Positions 1 through 9,065 of a stretch of 64,000 nt of DNA are shown here, one piece after another (position 1 is the first letter of the stretch; every line of letters begins with the position of its first letter). The notes below the pieces were generated by a model. That model was not told where the DNA came from and made no database searches. It worked only from the letters and a program-made list of their open reading frames with translations. Source of the DNA: an uncultured Candidatus Saccharibacteria bacterium (GTDB taxonomy: Bacteria; Patescibacteriota; Minisyncoccia; Phycocordibacterales; Zambryskibacteraceae); contig CAZOQP010000001.1 in the NCBI GenBank assembly GCA_964582295.1, positions 84,754 to 148,753 of the forward strand, in the 5' to 3' direction. The translations under genes were made by a program, and so were the position numbers.

Positions 1-551
1 AATGGTCGTGCCGGAGAGAATACTTTGGAAAGTGCCTGTATCTCTTTTTCAAATTGAAGACCGACATAACTTGGGAGAAATTTGGGTATTGAAACTATAG
101 AAGCGTGCGCCCGGTGAGAAACAGAAAATGCTTCGTTCACATAAACATCCGCGTATGAAGCCAGGTGCTTTGCAAAAACTTCGTCATTTCCTTTTTCCTC
201 TCCGTACTCACGCAAGTTTTCAAGAACAACTATCTTTCCTTCTGAAAAAGCTTCATCTATTTGAGGGTTTTTAGCCGGAAAATAATCTTTTACGAACGAA
301 ACAGGAAAATACTCCTGAAGGAGTGCCACGACCGGAGCCATGGTCGTGGCACCTTCACCATGATTTCCTTCAATATGGCTGGCAATTATTATTTGGGCCC
401 CCGCCTCTTTCAAAAAGGATATGGTGGGCAAGAGCGCCTCTATACGAAAAGTATCTTTAACTCCACCTTCATCGATCGGCACATTAAGATCGGCGCGCAC
501 AAGCACTTTTTTCCCTGCAACAGCGCTTTTATTTTGACTAAGAAATTGCAT
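1..551 (-). CDS. pgk: Phosphoglycerate kinase, N-terminal part (runs off the window edge)
   Basis: Read manually from ATG at 551: MQFLSQNKSAVAGKKVLVRADLNVPID...DTFRIEALLPTI...IIIASH, matching the PGK RxDxNVP and SH motifs; directly follows tpiA. Confidence 0.9.
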   Translation of the reverse strand, partial: MQFLSQNKSAVAGKKVLVRADLNVPIDEGGVKDTFRIEALLPTISFLKEAGAQIIIASHIEGNHGEGATTMAPVVALLQEYFPVSFVKDYFPAKNPQIDEAFSEGKIVVLENLREYGEEKGNDEVFAKHLASYADVYVNEAFSVSHRAHASIVSIPKFLPSYVGLQFEKEIQALSKVFSPARP

Positions 552-1311
552 TGAGTATCCCTTCTATCTCTTTTTTCTTCAAACCAGCCCGACCGACCAA
601 AAATCCCGAGATGTCACCACTTGAAATTATCTCCGCTGCGTTCGCGGGAAAAACCGAACCTCCGTAAATAATATTTAGAGCACGGGCTATCTTGCCGCCA
701 TACATATGAGACAAAATTTTCCTTATGAAAAGCGCTGTTTCAGGTATCTCCTTCGGAGACACGGCCCCTTTAGATTTTTCCCCGACTGCCCATACTGGTT
801 CATATGCAATTATCACTTTGGACACCAACTGTTTGGGTACACCTTTGAAAGATTCTTCCAACTGAACACGAAGCTCGTGCCAGAACTCTCCGGAATGATT
901 CCTTTCTTTTTCACCCACGCATACTATAGGCACAAGACCGGCCTGCAATGCCGTTTTTATTTTTCTTGCGATGGTGGCACTTGTCTCACCAAGAGCCCTT
1001 CTTTCCGAATGCCCCAAAATGACATGGCTCGCCCCCAGACCCAAGAGCTGAATAGGACTGACGAATCCCGTGAAAGCCCCCTCTTTTTCAAAAAAAACGT
1101 CCTGTGCACCCAAAAAAAGATTCCTGGGTCTTTTAGTATCGGCCAAAAGACCTAAGAACGGCATAGGCGGGAATGCCGCAAGAAATATCTTTACCCCGCT
1201 CTTCCCCCCAAAACGCTTGGCAAGCGACACATAATCCTTGAAAAGTCCGCGAGCATCGTCGGCAGAGACCGGGTTCATCTTCCAGTTCCCAGCAAAAAGG
1301 ATTTTTTTCAT
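538..1311 (-). CDS. tpiA: Triosephosphate isomerase
   Basis: AGNWKMN, ILGHSERR, IAYEPVWAVG, YGGSV and GFLVG motifs; start moved to MKKILF at 1311. Confidence 0.96.
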   Translation of the reverse strand: MKKILFAGNWKMNPVSADDARGLFKDYVSLAKRFGGKSGVKIFLAAFPPMPFLGLLADTKRPRNLFLGAQDVFFEKEGAFTGFVSPIQLLGLGASHVILGHSERRALGETSATIARKIKTALQAGLVPIVCVGEKERNHSGEFWHELRVQLEESFKGVPKQLVSKVIIAYEPVWAVGEKSKGAVSPKEIPETALFIRKILSHMYGGKIARALNIIYGGSVFPANAAEIISSGDISGFLVGRAGLKKKEIEGILNAIS

Positions 1312-1343
1312 TCCTTCAATTATACAAGGTTTATAACCTGGGT

Positions 1344-1456
1344 AGCGAGAGAATCCTGCCAAAAGAGACTAAGACTTGGGCAAACGCCCCGGAGTGGTCT
1401 CTTTTGGCAGGATTCCCGAGCGACTGCTGTTTGAAAAATGCTGTTGGGTGAGTGGC
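1344..1456 (-). repeat. Modular hairpin repeat, partial copy (lacks the 3' arm of the outer stem)
   Basis: Perfect 19-bp inverted repeat 1351-1369/1397-1415; linkers match those of 59592-59742. Confidence 0.85.
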
Positions 1457-1458
1457 TT

Positions 1459-3207
1459 TTACTCAGAAATCCTAAAAACCTCCTCCAAACTTGTAAGTCC
1501 TTCTACTGCTTTAAAAACAGCATCTTCCACAATAGTAAGCATACCTTCGGCACGCGCCTGGCTTTCCACTTCTTCTGCCATATCTTTTGACCTTGCTTTG
1601 GTAATTATGCTTTGCACACCAGCCGATACATACAAAACCTCGTGCACTCCCACATATTCATCTGCTTCTTTATCCATACGCTCATGAAAAGCTTTTACAT
1701 CCTGCCACTCTGCCTTTTTCGCGACTACTTCCTCTTCTTTAAGTGCTGCGAGCACTCTATCCATATCCGCTATTTTATGAAGCGCCCGTAATTCTTCTTT
1801 GGAAATAAGGTGTGCTTCTTTTTCCTTGCCCAGGCGCTTCACTAATTTTCCGCACACCACCACTTTTACAGCGGTAGATACAAGAAACGGCGGTCCTCCC
1901 ATTTCAACCAGATGCGAAAGCGCCTCTGCTGCAGATCCTCCGTTCATTCCGGCAAAAATAGCCCGCCCCGCGAGCACTGCATTCAAAACAACCGAGAGTG
2001 TTTCTTTGTCTCTCAAGTCGCCCACCATCATTGCATCGGCATCTTGCTTCATAAGAGCCCGGAGCCCGAGAGCAAAAGAAAGTCCTGCATCTTCTTTCAC
2101 TTGTGTCTGGTTTATTCTCTCCATCTGATACTCCACCGGATCCTCAATGGTCGCAATATTCACGTTGGGTTTGTTCAAAATATCCAGGATAGTGTAAAGA
2201 GCGGTGGTCTTTCCGGAGCCGGGAGGGCCGGAAACAACTGTTGCACCGCTTCCGCTTTGCATCACGCGATGAAGGTGCTCAAGTCCTGCTCCGTGAAAAC
2301 CTAAAGTTTCCAGAGTAAAGCCCAAAGCTCCCGCTCCAAGCACCCGAAGCAGAACTTTTTCCCCGAAAAGAGTAGGAACTAGAGAAACCCTGAAGGCCGC
2401 CTTCTCATTTTCGTTTTCCATTCTGAAGCGGCCTTCCTGTGGCAGATTTTTTTCATGCAATTCAAGTCCCGCAAGGAATTTCAAGCGAAGGACGATGGGA
2501 AATGCGATCTTTTTCGGCAATACCAGCGCCTCATGAAGCATTCCCCCGATGCGATAGCGCACGCCAAGCTCTTTATCGCGCGGCTCAATATGAATATCTG
2601 CCGCGTGCTGAGCAAGAGCGTGGGAAAGTATCATGTCCACGATATGTGCAATGGCTTTATTATCTGCAAGTTTTTCAAGATCGGCTGCCGGAGAATCTGC
2701 ATCCCCTATCTCCGCCATGCTTTTTGCAAAAATAGCCGCTTCTTTTTCTATTTTCTCGCCAAATTCTTTTTTGAGAACTTTCTGATACACCAAAAGAGCG
2801 TGCTTCATTGAATAGCTGTCCGTAAGGCGCGGCAATATCTTCATCCCCTCTTTTTTCAGGAAGTCCAGAGCGGAAAGTTCTGTGAGATCAAGTAGGGCAA
2901 CCTCAAGCGAGTGCCCACTTTTTTTGAAAGCTACGATGTTTCTGGAGCGGCAAATGGGTTCCGGAACATTTTCCAGAGTTTCAAGGTTGAGAGTTTCTTT
3001 TTTTAGGTCAACGAACGGAATACCTAAAATATGAGCGTGGATGCGGCGAACATCATCCTCCGTCATCAGGCCCTCCTCTCTGAAAATAGAGGTGATATCT
3101 GTTCCCTTTTTCGCAGATTCCTTTTCCGCGCGCGAAAGCTCAGCTTTGGAAACCAATCCAGAGTCTAAAATAAATTCCTTGAACGCCTTTTCGTCAACGT
3201 GCATCAT
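1459..3207 (-). CDS. GspE/PilB-family secretion ATPase with degenerate catalytic motifs
   Basis: N-terminal T2SSE_N-like region, ADIHIEP, PQEGRF, Walker A GPPGSGKTT, TIEDPVE; Walker B and His box altered. Confidence 0.9.
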   Translation of the reverse strand: MMHVDEKAFKEFILDSGLVSKAELSRAEKESAKKGTDITSIFREEGLMTEDDVRRIHAHILGIPFVDLKKETLNLETLENVPEPICRSRNIVAFKKSGHSLEVALLDLTELSALDFLKKEGMKILPRLTDSYSMKHALLVYQKVLKKEFGEKIEKEAAIFAKSMAEIGDADSPAADLEKLADNKAIAHIVDMILSHALAQHAADIHIEPRDKELGVRYRIGGMLHEALVLPKKIAFPIVLRLKFLAGLELHEKNLPQEGRFRMENENEKAAFRVSLVPTLFGEKVLLRVLGAGALGFTLETLGFHGAGLEHLHRVMQSGSGATVVSGPPGSGKTTALYTILDILNKPNVNIATIEDPVEYQMERINQTQVKEDAGLSFALGLRALMKQDADAMMVGDLRDKETLSVVLNAVLAGRAIFAGMNGGSAAEALSHLVEMGGPPFLVSTAVKVVVCGKLVKRLGKEKEAHLISKEELRALHKIADMDRVLAALKEEEVVAKKAEWQDVKAFHERMDKEADEYVGVHEVLYVSAGVQSIITKARSKDMAEEVESQARAEGMLTIVEDAVFKAVEGLTSLEEVFRISE

Positions 3208-3220
3208 TCTAATTTTACAT

Positions 3221-3250
3221 CAAAACACGTCCGATATGTCGGACGTGTTT
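3221..3250. terminator. Intrinsic terminator hairpin
   Basis: aaaacacgtccga/tcggacgtgtttt inverted repeat with A/T tails. Confidence 0.7.
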
Positions 3251-3273
3251 TGTAAAAAACTTTTAAGAGAGAT

Positions 3274-4989
3274 TTAGAATTCCTGGAAGACCGGCTTCAC
3301 GTTCACTTGGAGCTGGGATGTGGGGCACTGGGCAGTGGCACCGGTGCCGTCGTTGTCACGCACTGTCACTTGGGCGGTCTTTGAGCCGGTGGTCTGATAA
3401 GTGAATGGGAACGGATTGCTAGATGGTGCGGGATTTGTCGGGAAGTTGGTGCCTGCCCATGTGTATGTGTATCCCGGAGTGCCACCGGCAACCACTGCTG
3501 TCCATGTTACGGGCTGTCCAACCACTGCGGGCGAAGGCGAAGGATTGCATGCTATGGAGAGGATTGGAGATGGATTAATGGTCAAGTTGAATTGAGTGGT
3601 GTGCACAGGAGCTCCCGTTGCGGAGCCGGCAACCGTTATCTGATGAGTCCCCGTTGGAGCGGATGGCTGAACGGTGAATGTAAGAGTGGATGAACAAGTA
3701 GATGTGCACGGATTGTTTGAGGTTGAGACGGAAACTCCTGAAGGTAATCCTGAAATCAGAAGCGAAACGGGCGCCTGCACACCAGAGATGGCGGTACGGG
3801 TCACAGTGTTGGTTGCAAACACATTCGTAGAACTCTTGTCCACGGATTTGTTGCCTCCGTTTGAAAGAGCGTAATCAAAACCGGAACCGGAAGAATAAGT
3901 GATGGTGAAGGATTTACTGTTGCCTGGCAGAAGGTTAAGAGTGGTACCTCCTCCGTCAGAGTTGGTGACGAGAGTTGTGAAATTCGGAATATTGCTTGCG
4001 CTTATGCTGTATGTGGTGCCACCAGACGACGGAAGAAGCTGATACGAACCGGATGTTCCGGAACCTGCGTGGTTCCCTGGATTTATGGTCCAAGAAGAAG
4101 CGGCGTTGTTGGTAAAGACTGAAATGGTACCTGCAGTTTCCGAGCTCACACATTCAAGGCCGTTCCACTCCGTGCCTGCTGGGCATGCACATGTATTTTC
4201 CGTAACATACCAATCTCCCCATCCACAGCCGGGGTATTCTCCTTTGTTCCTCTGATAATCTATTTGTCCCTCCTGATTAGCAGGGCAGGATTCGGTTGAA
4301 GTTTCAGAAAGAGGTTCTTCACACTGCTCTTCCTCGATCGGCATACAGGTGTTTGAAACAGTTTGCCATGTTCCCCACGCAACAGATTCTTCACTGCTCC
4401 AGCATGCCGGCGGATCATTTTTTGTCCTCTCCTGATCTATCTGACCAGTCTCTCCTTCAGCACAAGAGAGAGTTTGGGTGTCTGTTGTAGGAGGTTCACA
4501 TGGGCAGCTTTCTTCATCGACAATACCATCACCATTTATATCTGTTTTGGGAGTCACACCATCTGAACATGTGTCTGGCGGAGGATTACATTCAGGGTTT
4601 AATCCGTCTCCACAAGTTCCCCCACAACTATTATCGCCGCCGCACATGTCCGTACATTGTGGTGTACAGCTTCCACCATCTCCGGGATCATCCTCTAATT
4701 CTTCGCAATACCAATTATGACAATAACCAAATGTCCCATCCGGATCATTCGGGTCTGGTTCATAAGAATAGTAGCTGTCATCTGTCCCGTCAGGATCATC
4801 ACAGTAGCTGTTATGTGTATACCAAATGTCTTCGTAACAAGAATCACCGTCCTCGTTTTGCAAAGCCGTAAGGGCAAATGCTGGAGTGGCTCCAACTGCC
4901 AGAAAATTCGCGGCAATAACGATCGCGATTGCTATTAAAAATGAGAAGAAAAGAGTGAACCCTTTTGGATTCTTTTTTATGTACTGCAT
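3274..4989 (-). CDS. Secreted Cys-rich surface protein/adhesin with Ig/PKD-like C-terminal domains
   Basis: N-terminal hydrophobic segment, acidic Cys-rich region, DINGDGIVDE Ca-loop, two C-x2-(G/N)-x2-GQI..R..WGxW..NTC repeats, PKD-like YTYTW..Y.TTG.KTA.VTV.D. Confidence 0.7.
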   Translation of the reverse strand: MQYIKKNPKGFTLFFSFLIAIAIVIAANFLAVGATPAFALTALQNEDGDSCYEDIWYTHNSYCDDPDGTDDSYYSYEPDPNDPDGTFGYCHNWYCEELEDDPGDGGSCTPQCTDMCGGDNSCGGTCGDGLNPECNPPPDTCSDGVTPKTDINGDGIVDEESCPCEPPTTDTQTLSCAEGETGQIDQERTKNDPPACWSSEESVAWGTWQTVSNTCMPIEEEQCEEPLSETSTESCPANQEGQIDYQRNKGEYPGCGWGDWYVTENTCACPAGTEWNGLECVSSETAGTISVFTNNAASSWTINPGNHAGSGTSGSYQLLPSSGGTTYSISASNIPNFTTLVTNSDGGGTTLNLLPGNSKSFTITYSSGSGFDYALSNGGNKSVDKSSTNVFATNTVTRTAISGVQAPVSLLISGLPSGVSVSTSNNPCTSTCSSTLTFTVQPSAPTGTHQITVAGSATGAPVHTTQFNLTINPSPILSIACNPSPSPAVVGQPVTWTAVVAGGTPGYTYTWAGTNFPTNPAPSSNPFPFTYQTTGSKTAQVTVRDNDGTGATAQCPTSQLQVNVKPVFQEF

Positions 4990-5043
4990 ATTGAAATTAT
5001 ATATGGGTTTACGCAGAAGCAATGCGAGCTATGCACATACGAA

Positions 5044-5078
5044 AAAAGCCCCACACGCTGGAATGCGTGGGGGCTTTT
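5044..5078 (-). terminator. Intrinsic terminator after the lipoprotein gene
   Basis: aaaagcccc-cacgc/gcgtg-ggggctttt hairpin. Confidence 0.7.
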
Positions 5079-5095
5079 GTTTTTCATCGACACAA

Positions 5096-6346
5096 CTACT
5101 GGGAACGGGCAACTTCGAAACTTGCTGCTCCGCCCATTGTTATTTCCATGAGCCGAACCTCGCGAACGAGGTGGAACATGGCAACATCCCCGACTGAAAT
5201 CCCGGAGGATGCTTCAGATGCGGAGCACCCTACTGTGGACATGTTGGTCTGCCAACTGCACGTGTGACCGAAGCCAAGTGCATGGAACAACTCGTGAGCT
5301 ACCGTCCTTCGCAAGAGGGGCGGCAATAACCCACCAAACTCGGCATAGAACGGACTCGTGGGAGTGTGCTGATAGGAAGCATTCCACGCCCAACCTTCAC
5401 TCCCCCTAGCACTGTTAAACCTGATATACGCACGACAATTGATGCCATACGTACCAGGTTTGAACATTTGCATACCGAGTTTGGTGTGCAGATGTTCCTC
5501 GATTGCTCCCCAGATGATCGTGGAATCCTGACCTGTGATTGTCTGGTTAGACGCCCCCCTGTTGAAACAGAGAAAATGCGGAAAGTCGGCTACTCCGTGG
5601 ATTGGAGGTTCAGTGGAGCCTGTTGAGAACATCCATGATGTCATGGGCACTCCCTGACTGGGATCGCCCACCATCCGATACATCCCATCTACGGACACAG
5701 GGAATGTCTGCCCTGCGCCGAGCCCCATCGGAGTAACGTACGCCTTTGGGATCATTACGAAGCGATATTCCGCTCCGTTTGTGATGGAGACATCCGTTCG
5801 CGATTCGTCATAACGAGAATCGCCGAACACCCGTACAGTTGCTATAGCGACATTTGCCGGTACCGTGAGAGTCGCCCTGCCATCCGCTCCGATAGGAGCT
5901 TCGACAGAAACGAAACCCGAAGTGATGCGAGCTGTCATACCGATCGGGAACAGCCCCTGGATGAGACCGACCCGCACGGACACGACTTTGTCCTGTGGAA
6001 CGACGACCGGTGTTACCACCACGAAGACGGTTGCCTTGTGGCTCGCGTCTTCCGCCCATGAGGCGGTGATGGTGGTGTTCCCTGTAGTGATACAGGAAAC
6101 CTGGCCGTTCAGTACTGTGGCAACACCAGAATTACTAGTCCCCCACATGATTTGCTGGGAAACGTTCGTCGGTGTTACGGTCGCGGTGAGCGTGATGCTC
6201 TTCCCTGCCTCACAAGACACGGAGGTTTGGGAAACACGGACGGTGACAGGTACTGGATTTGGTCCGGTACCACCATCGCCACTACAGGCCGAGAGACTCA
6301 TGATCGCGCTCGCGATCACAAGGATCGGCAGAGTACGGTAGTTCAT
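5096..6346 (-). CDS. Lipoprotein with Ig-like (Big_2) domain and metzincin zinc-metalloprotease domain
   Basis: Lipobox LSAC; Big_2 pattern W.TSNSGVATV.NG.V; HELFHALGFGH (HExxHxxGxxH) followed by a Met-turn; AAGGAG SD. Confidence 0.8.
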   Translation of the reverse strand: MNYRTLPILVIASAIMSLSACSGDGGTGPNPVPVTVRVSQTSVSCEAGKSITLTATVTPTNVSQQIMWGTSNSGVATVLNGQVSCITTGNTTITASWAEDASHKATVFVVVTPVVVPQDKVVSVRVGLIQGLFPIGMTARITSGFVSVEAPIGADGRATLTVPANVAIATVRVFGDSRYDESRTDVSITNGAEYRFVMIPKAYVTPMGLGAGQTFPVSVDGMYRMVGDPSQGVPMTSWMFSTGSTEPPIHGVADFPHFLCFNRGASNQTITGQDSTIIWGAIEEHLHTKLGMQMFKPGTYGINCRAYIRFNSARGSEGWAWNASYQHTPTSPFYAEFGGLLPPLLRRTVAHELFHALGFGHTCSWQTNMSTVGCSASEASSGISVGDVAMFHLVREVRLMEITMGGAASFEVARSQ

Positions 6347-6461
6347 GAAGTCTCCTTGATGGGCTGTTAGTTTGTTGTTGTGTCAAATGACAAAGAACGG
6401 GTTTTGCGCCCTCTATTGTTAGAAGACGCCTCCCTAGGGCCTATTTGACCCTCCTATGGAT

Positions 6462-6490
6462 ACTATACACCCAAAGACCATATTTGTCAA
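6462..6490 (-). promoter_or_regulatory. Sigma70 promoter of the lipoprotein gene
   Basis: TTGACA-17-TATAGT on the minus strand. Confidence 0.7.
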
Positions 6491-6621
6491 GTGTCAAGCT
6501 GTGCCTGGGGATAAGTACCAAAATATGGCTATAAATATAGATTTTTTACTGATGAAGTAAGGTGTTTTTATTGTATAGAAAAAGCGACCGGGAATCCCGA
6601 GTCGCTTAACTACGAAAGGCA

Positions 6622-6694
6622 GGGGTAGGACGGGGCTTGAACCCGCAACCTCCGGATCCACAATCCGGCGCTCCACCAGTTGAGCTACCTACCC
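6622..6694 (-). tRNA. tRNA-His(GTG); no encoded CCA, no encoded G-1
   Basis: Cloverleaf with acceptor gggtagg/cctaccc, anticodon arm ccgga-ttGTGga-tccgg, T-loop TTCAAGC, C73. Confidence 0.95.
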
Positions 6695-6709
6695 AAACCT
6701 TTTGTAGAA

Positions 6710-8041
6710 TTAAAGAGCCAAAATTCGCTTTACAGTTTCCGGCACGTTTGCGAACGGGACCATTTCTTGCAAACGATCCTTCAATCCTTTGACTTGTGCG
6801 GTACCGGATTCTTTCTCCCTTCCTCCGATAATTACAACTGCCTGGAAGTCACGGCTCACACCGTAGGAAAGCTGTCCTTTAAGCGTAGCTTCCCTGCCAA
6901 GATAGATCTCGGCCGGAATGCCTGCCCTGCGAAGATCTGCAACGACCCCGGCACACAAAGCTTCACATTCGGGATCGAAGTTCAGCACTAGCACTTTGGC
7001 CGTATTCCTCTCTCGCTTTACGAGATCGAGTTTCTCCATCGCCGCGAAGAGACGATCGACGCCGACAGATGCACCTACAGCAGGAACATTTGCCGAACCG
7101 AAACGCTCGACCAGATCATCGTACCGGCCTCCGGAAAAAACACTTCCGATCGCCGGCAAATCCGTGAGGATTGCTTCGAAAACAGGTCCTGTGTAATACC
7201 CCAGTCCGCGGGCAACGGACAAATCTATTGCCCACTTGTCGGCGGGTACACCCATGCCATCCAAGAGGTTGGAGATCTCCTCCAACTCTTTGATTCCCTC
7301 CATTGCCATCGGAGAATTGGACATGAGTGACCTCACGCCGCTTATCGTGTCTCCCTTGCTACCGGATCGAAGTTTGAGGAATCGATCGATAGATGAGATT
7401 TGATCAGCGTTGAAGCCGAGCTCGCTTTCCATATCTTTCGATATCTGGTCCCACTCAACCTTGTCGAGCTTGTCGATAAGACGCAGGACATCGAGTGCTT
7501 TTTCAGACGGAAAGCCTGCGTATTCTGACAGGCCGTTCAGGATTTTGCGGTTGTTGACCCGGATGAGAAAATTCTCAAAACCGAGTTTCCGCATCGTCTC
7601 GTACATGATAGACACGATCTCGGCATCAGCAGTCATTCTGTTTGAGCCGACGATATCCGCATCGAACTGCACGAATTCACGGAAACGTCCCGCTTGCGGT
7701 TTTTCACCGCGCCAAACCTTTCCAGTCTGATAACGCTTGAACGGCCGCACAATCCTGTCTCCATACTGGGCGACGACCCGTGCCAGAGGCACTGTCAGGT
7801 CATATCGGAGAGCGCTCGTTTCATCTTCCGTACCTCGCAACCCTGCCCGGAAAATTTGCATCCGGAAATTAGGGTCGGCGCCTGTGAGAGTTTCTTCGAG
7901 CTCCAAGCCCGGAGTGTCAAGCGGCACAAAACCGAACAGTTCGAATACCGCGCGAATGACATCGAGCATTTTCTGCCGAGGAATCATATCTTCGGGCAGA
8001 TAATCCCGAGTTCCGCCTACTAGCCGTGGTTCAATTGACAT
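6710..8041 (-). CDS. hisS: Histidine--tRNA ligase
   Basis: GTRDYLP, LRYDLTVPLAR, motif 2 WRGEKPQAGRFREFVQFD, ARGLGYYTG, GGRYD, G.S.GVDR, anticodon-binding domain. Confidence 0.97.
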   Translation of the reverse strand: MSIEPRLVGGTRDYLPEDMIPRQKMLDVIRAVFELFGFVPLDTPGLELEETLTGADPNFRMQIFRAGLRGTEDETSALRYDLTVPLARVVAQYGDRIVRPFKRYQTGKVWRGEKPQAGRFREFVQFDADIVGSNRMTADAEIVSIMYETMRKLGFENFLIRVNNRKILNGLSEYAGFPSEKALDVLRLIDKLDKVEWDQISKDMESELGFNADQISSIDRFLKLRSGSKGDTISGVRSLMSNSPMAMEGIKELEEISNLLDGMGVPADKWAIDLSVARGLGYYTGPVFEAILTDLPAIGSVFSGGRYDDLVERFGSANVPAVGASVGVDRLFAAMEKLDLVKRERNTAKVLVLNFDPECEALCAGVVADLRRAGIPAEIYLGREATLKGQLSYGVSRDFQAVVIIGGREKESGTAQVKGLKDRLQEMVPFANVPETVKRILAL

Positions 8042-8100
8042 ACAATGAACTCCTATTATGAATGGTTTTCCTGTTGAATTCCACTACATTGATCTTTTTT

Positions 8101-8175
8101 AACTTTATCACAAAGAACTCTTCTTGTCAAAATAGTCAGCTGATAATTGACGTGAACGTTTTATATATGTAGATT
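8101..8175. promoter_or_regulatory. Divergent sigma70 promoters for hisS (-) and the HAD gene (+)
   Basis: Minus strand TTGACA-17-TAAAGT; plus strand TTGACG(8147)-17-TAGATT. Confidence 0.65.
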
Positions 8176-8218
8176 TGGATTTAGAAAAGGACATTCACAG
8201 ATACATTAGGAGCATCTC

Positions 8219-9064
8219 ATGCAAAAGAAAGGGCTGATCCTGCTCGATATCGACCAGACCATTGTTGACGAACAATATGCCCTGACGGAGGATCTGGGAA
8301 TATTCCGGGCAGAGATCGCCGCTACCCAGTCGGCAGGATTTGAGATCGGCCTTAGTTCTGATTCCGCCATGAGTACGATAAAGAGGTACGCGAAACTTTG
8401 GGGAATAGACGGGCCGTTCGTGGCGGAGCGAGGAGCAATCATTTCCCACGATCACCAATCACCTGATCAGTTTCTGAACAAAACAACAAACAAATTCCCC
8501 GATCTCCGACATAAGTTCATAAGAACACTCATTGACGCCAGCAGTTACGGAGAGACTTTGGTTGTATGCGGGGATGTTAATGAGTTTTCTCACAATCTTC
8601 CTCTACTCTCTGTCGGCGGACATAGTGTAAAGACCGCGATCCTAATCAACGGAATGAGGAGAGCAAGTATTTCATTCTACATTCGCACTCACGAAGAAAG
8701 CGGATGGAGAAAAGATGGTGATACATTGGCTACGACCATTGATCTGTTGAGGCGTTGCATAAGCGATTTTTCTGAGTTGCGGCATACGCATGAGATAGAG
8801 GTGAACGATCTGCATGGACTTTGCATCGTGCATCACCAGGAGACCAAAAAATCTCTTGCTGTAGAGCACCTGTGCCGTTCGTATCCTGATACTCCGATAT
8901 TCATGATCGGTGATAGTGTTTCCGATTTGCTTGGCCATCAGTCTGTCAGGCAATGCGCTGTCGGCAACGCACAACCTGAGTACAAAGAAAGCTGCACCAT
9001 CGTGTCTCACAAAAACATCACCGGAGGAGTAATCGAGCTTCTCGGGAAAATCAGAGATATCTGA
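8219..9064 (+). CDS. HAD-superfamily phosphatase (Cof/IIB-like)
   Basis: Motif I LLDIDQTIV, AERGA, motif III K, motif IV MIGDSVSD, AVGNA. Confidence 0.85.
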   Translation: MQKKGLILLDIDQTIVDEQYALTEDLGIFRAEIAATQSAGFEIGLSSDSAMSTIKRYAKLWGIDGPFVAERGAIISHDHQSPDQFLNKTTNKFPDLRHKFIRTLIDASSYGETLVVCGDVNEFSHNLPLLSVGGHSVKTAILINGMRRASISFYIRTHEESGWRKDGDTLATTIDLLRRCISDFSELRHTHEIEVNDLHGLCIVHHQETKKSLAVEHLCRSYPDTPIFMIGDSVSDLLGHQSVRQCAVGNAQPEYKESCTIVSHKNITGGVIELLGKIRDI

Positions 9065-9065
9065 A

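Noticed and set aside
1376-1687. Short ORFs at 1376 and 59680 sharing a VVSF...PERLLFE translation
   Set aside because: The similarity comes from the non-coding repeat; the remainder is antisense to real genes
6494-6676. ORF overlapping tRNA-His, and similar ORFs over the tRNA cluster at 22462-23528
   Set aside because: Shadow ORFs of tRNA genes with no protein features
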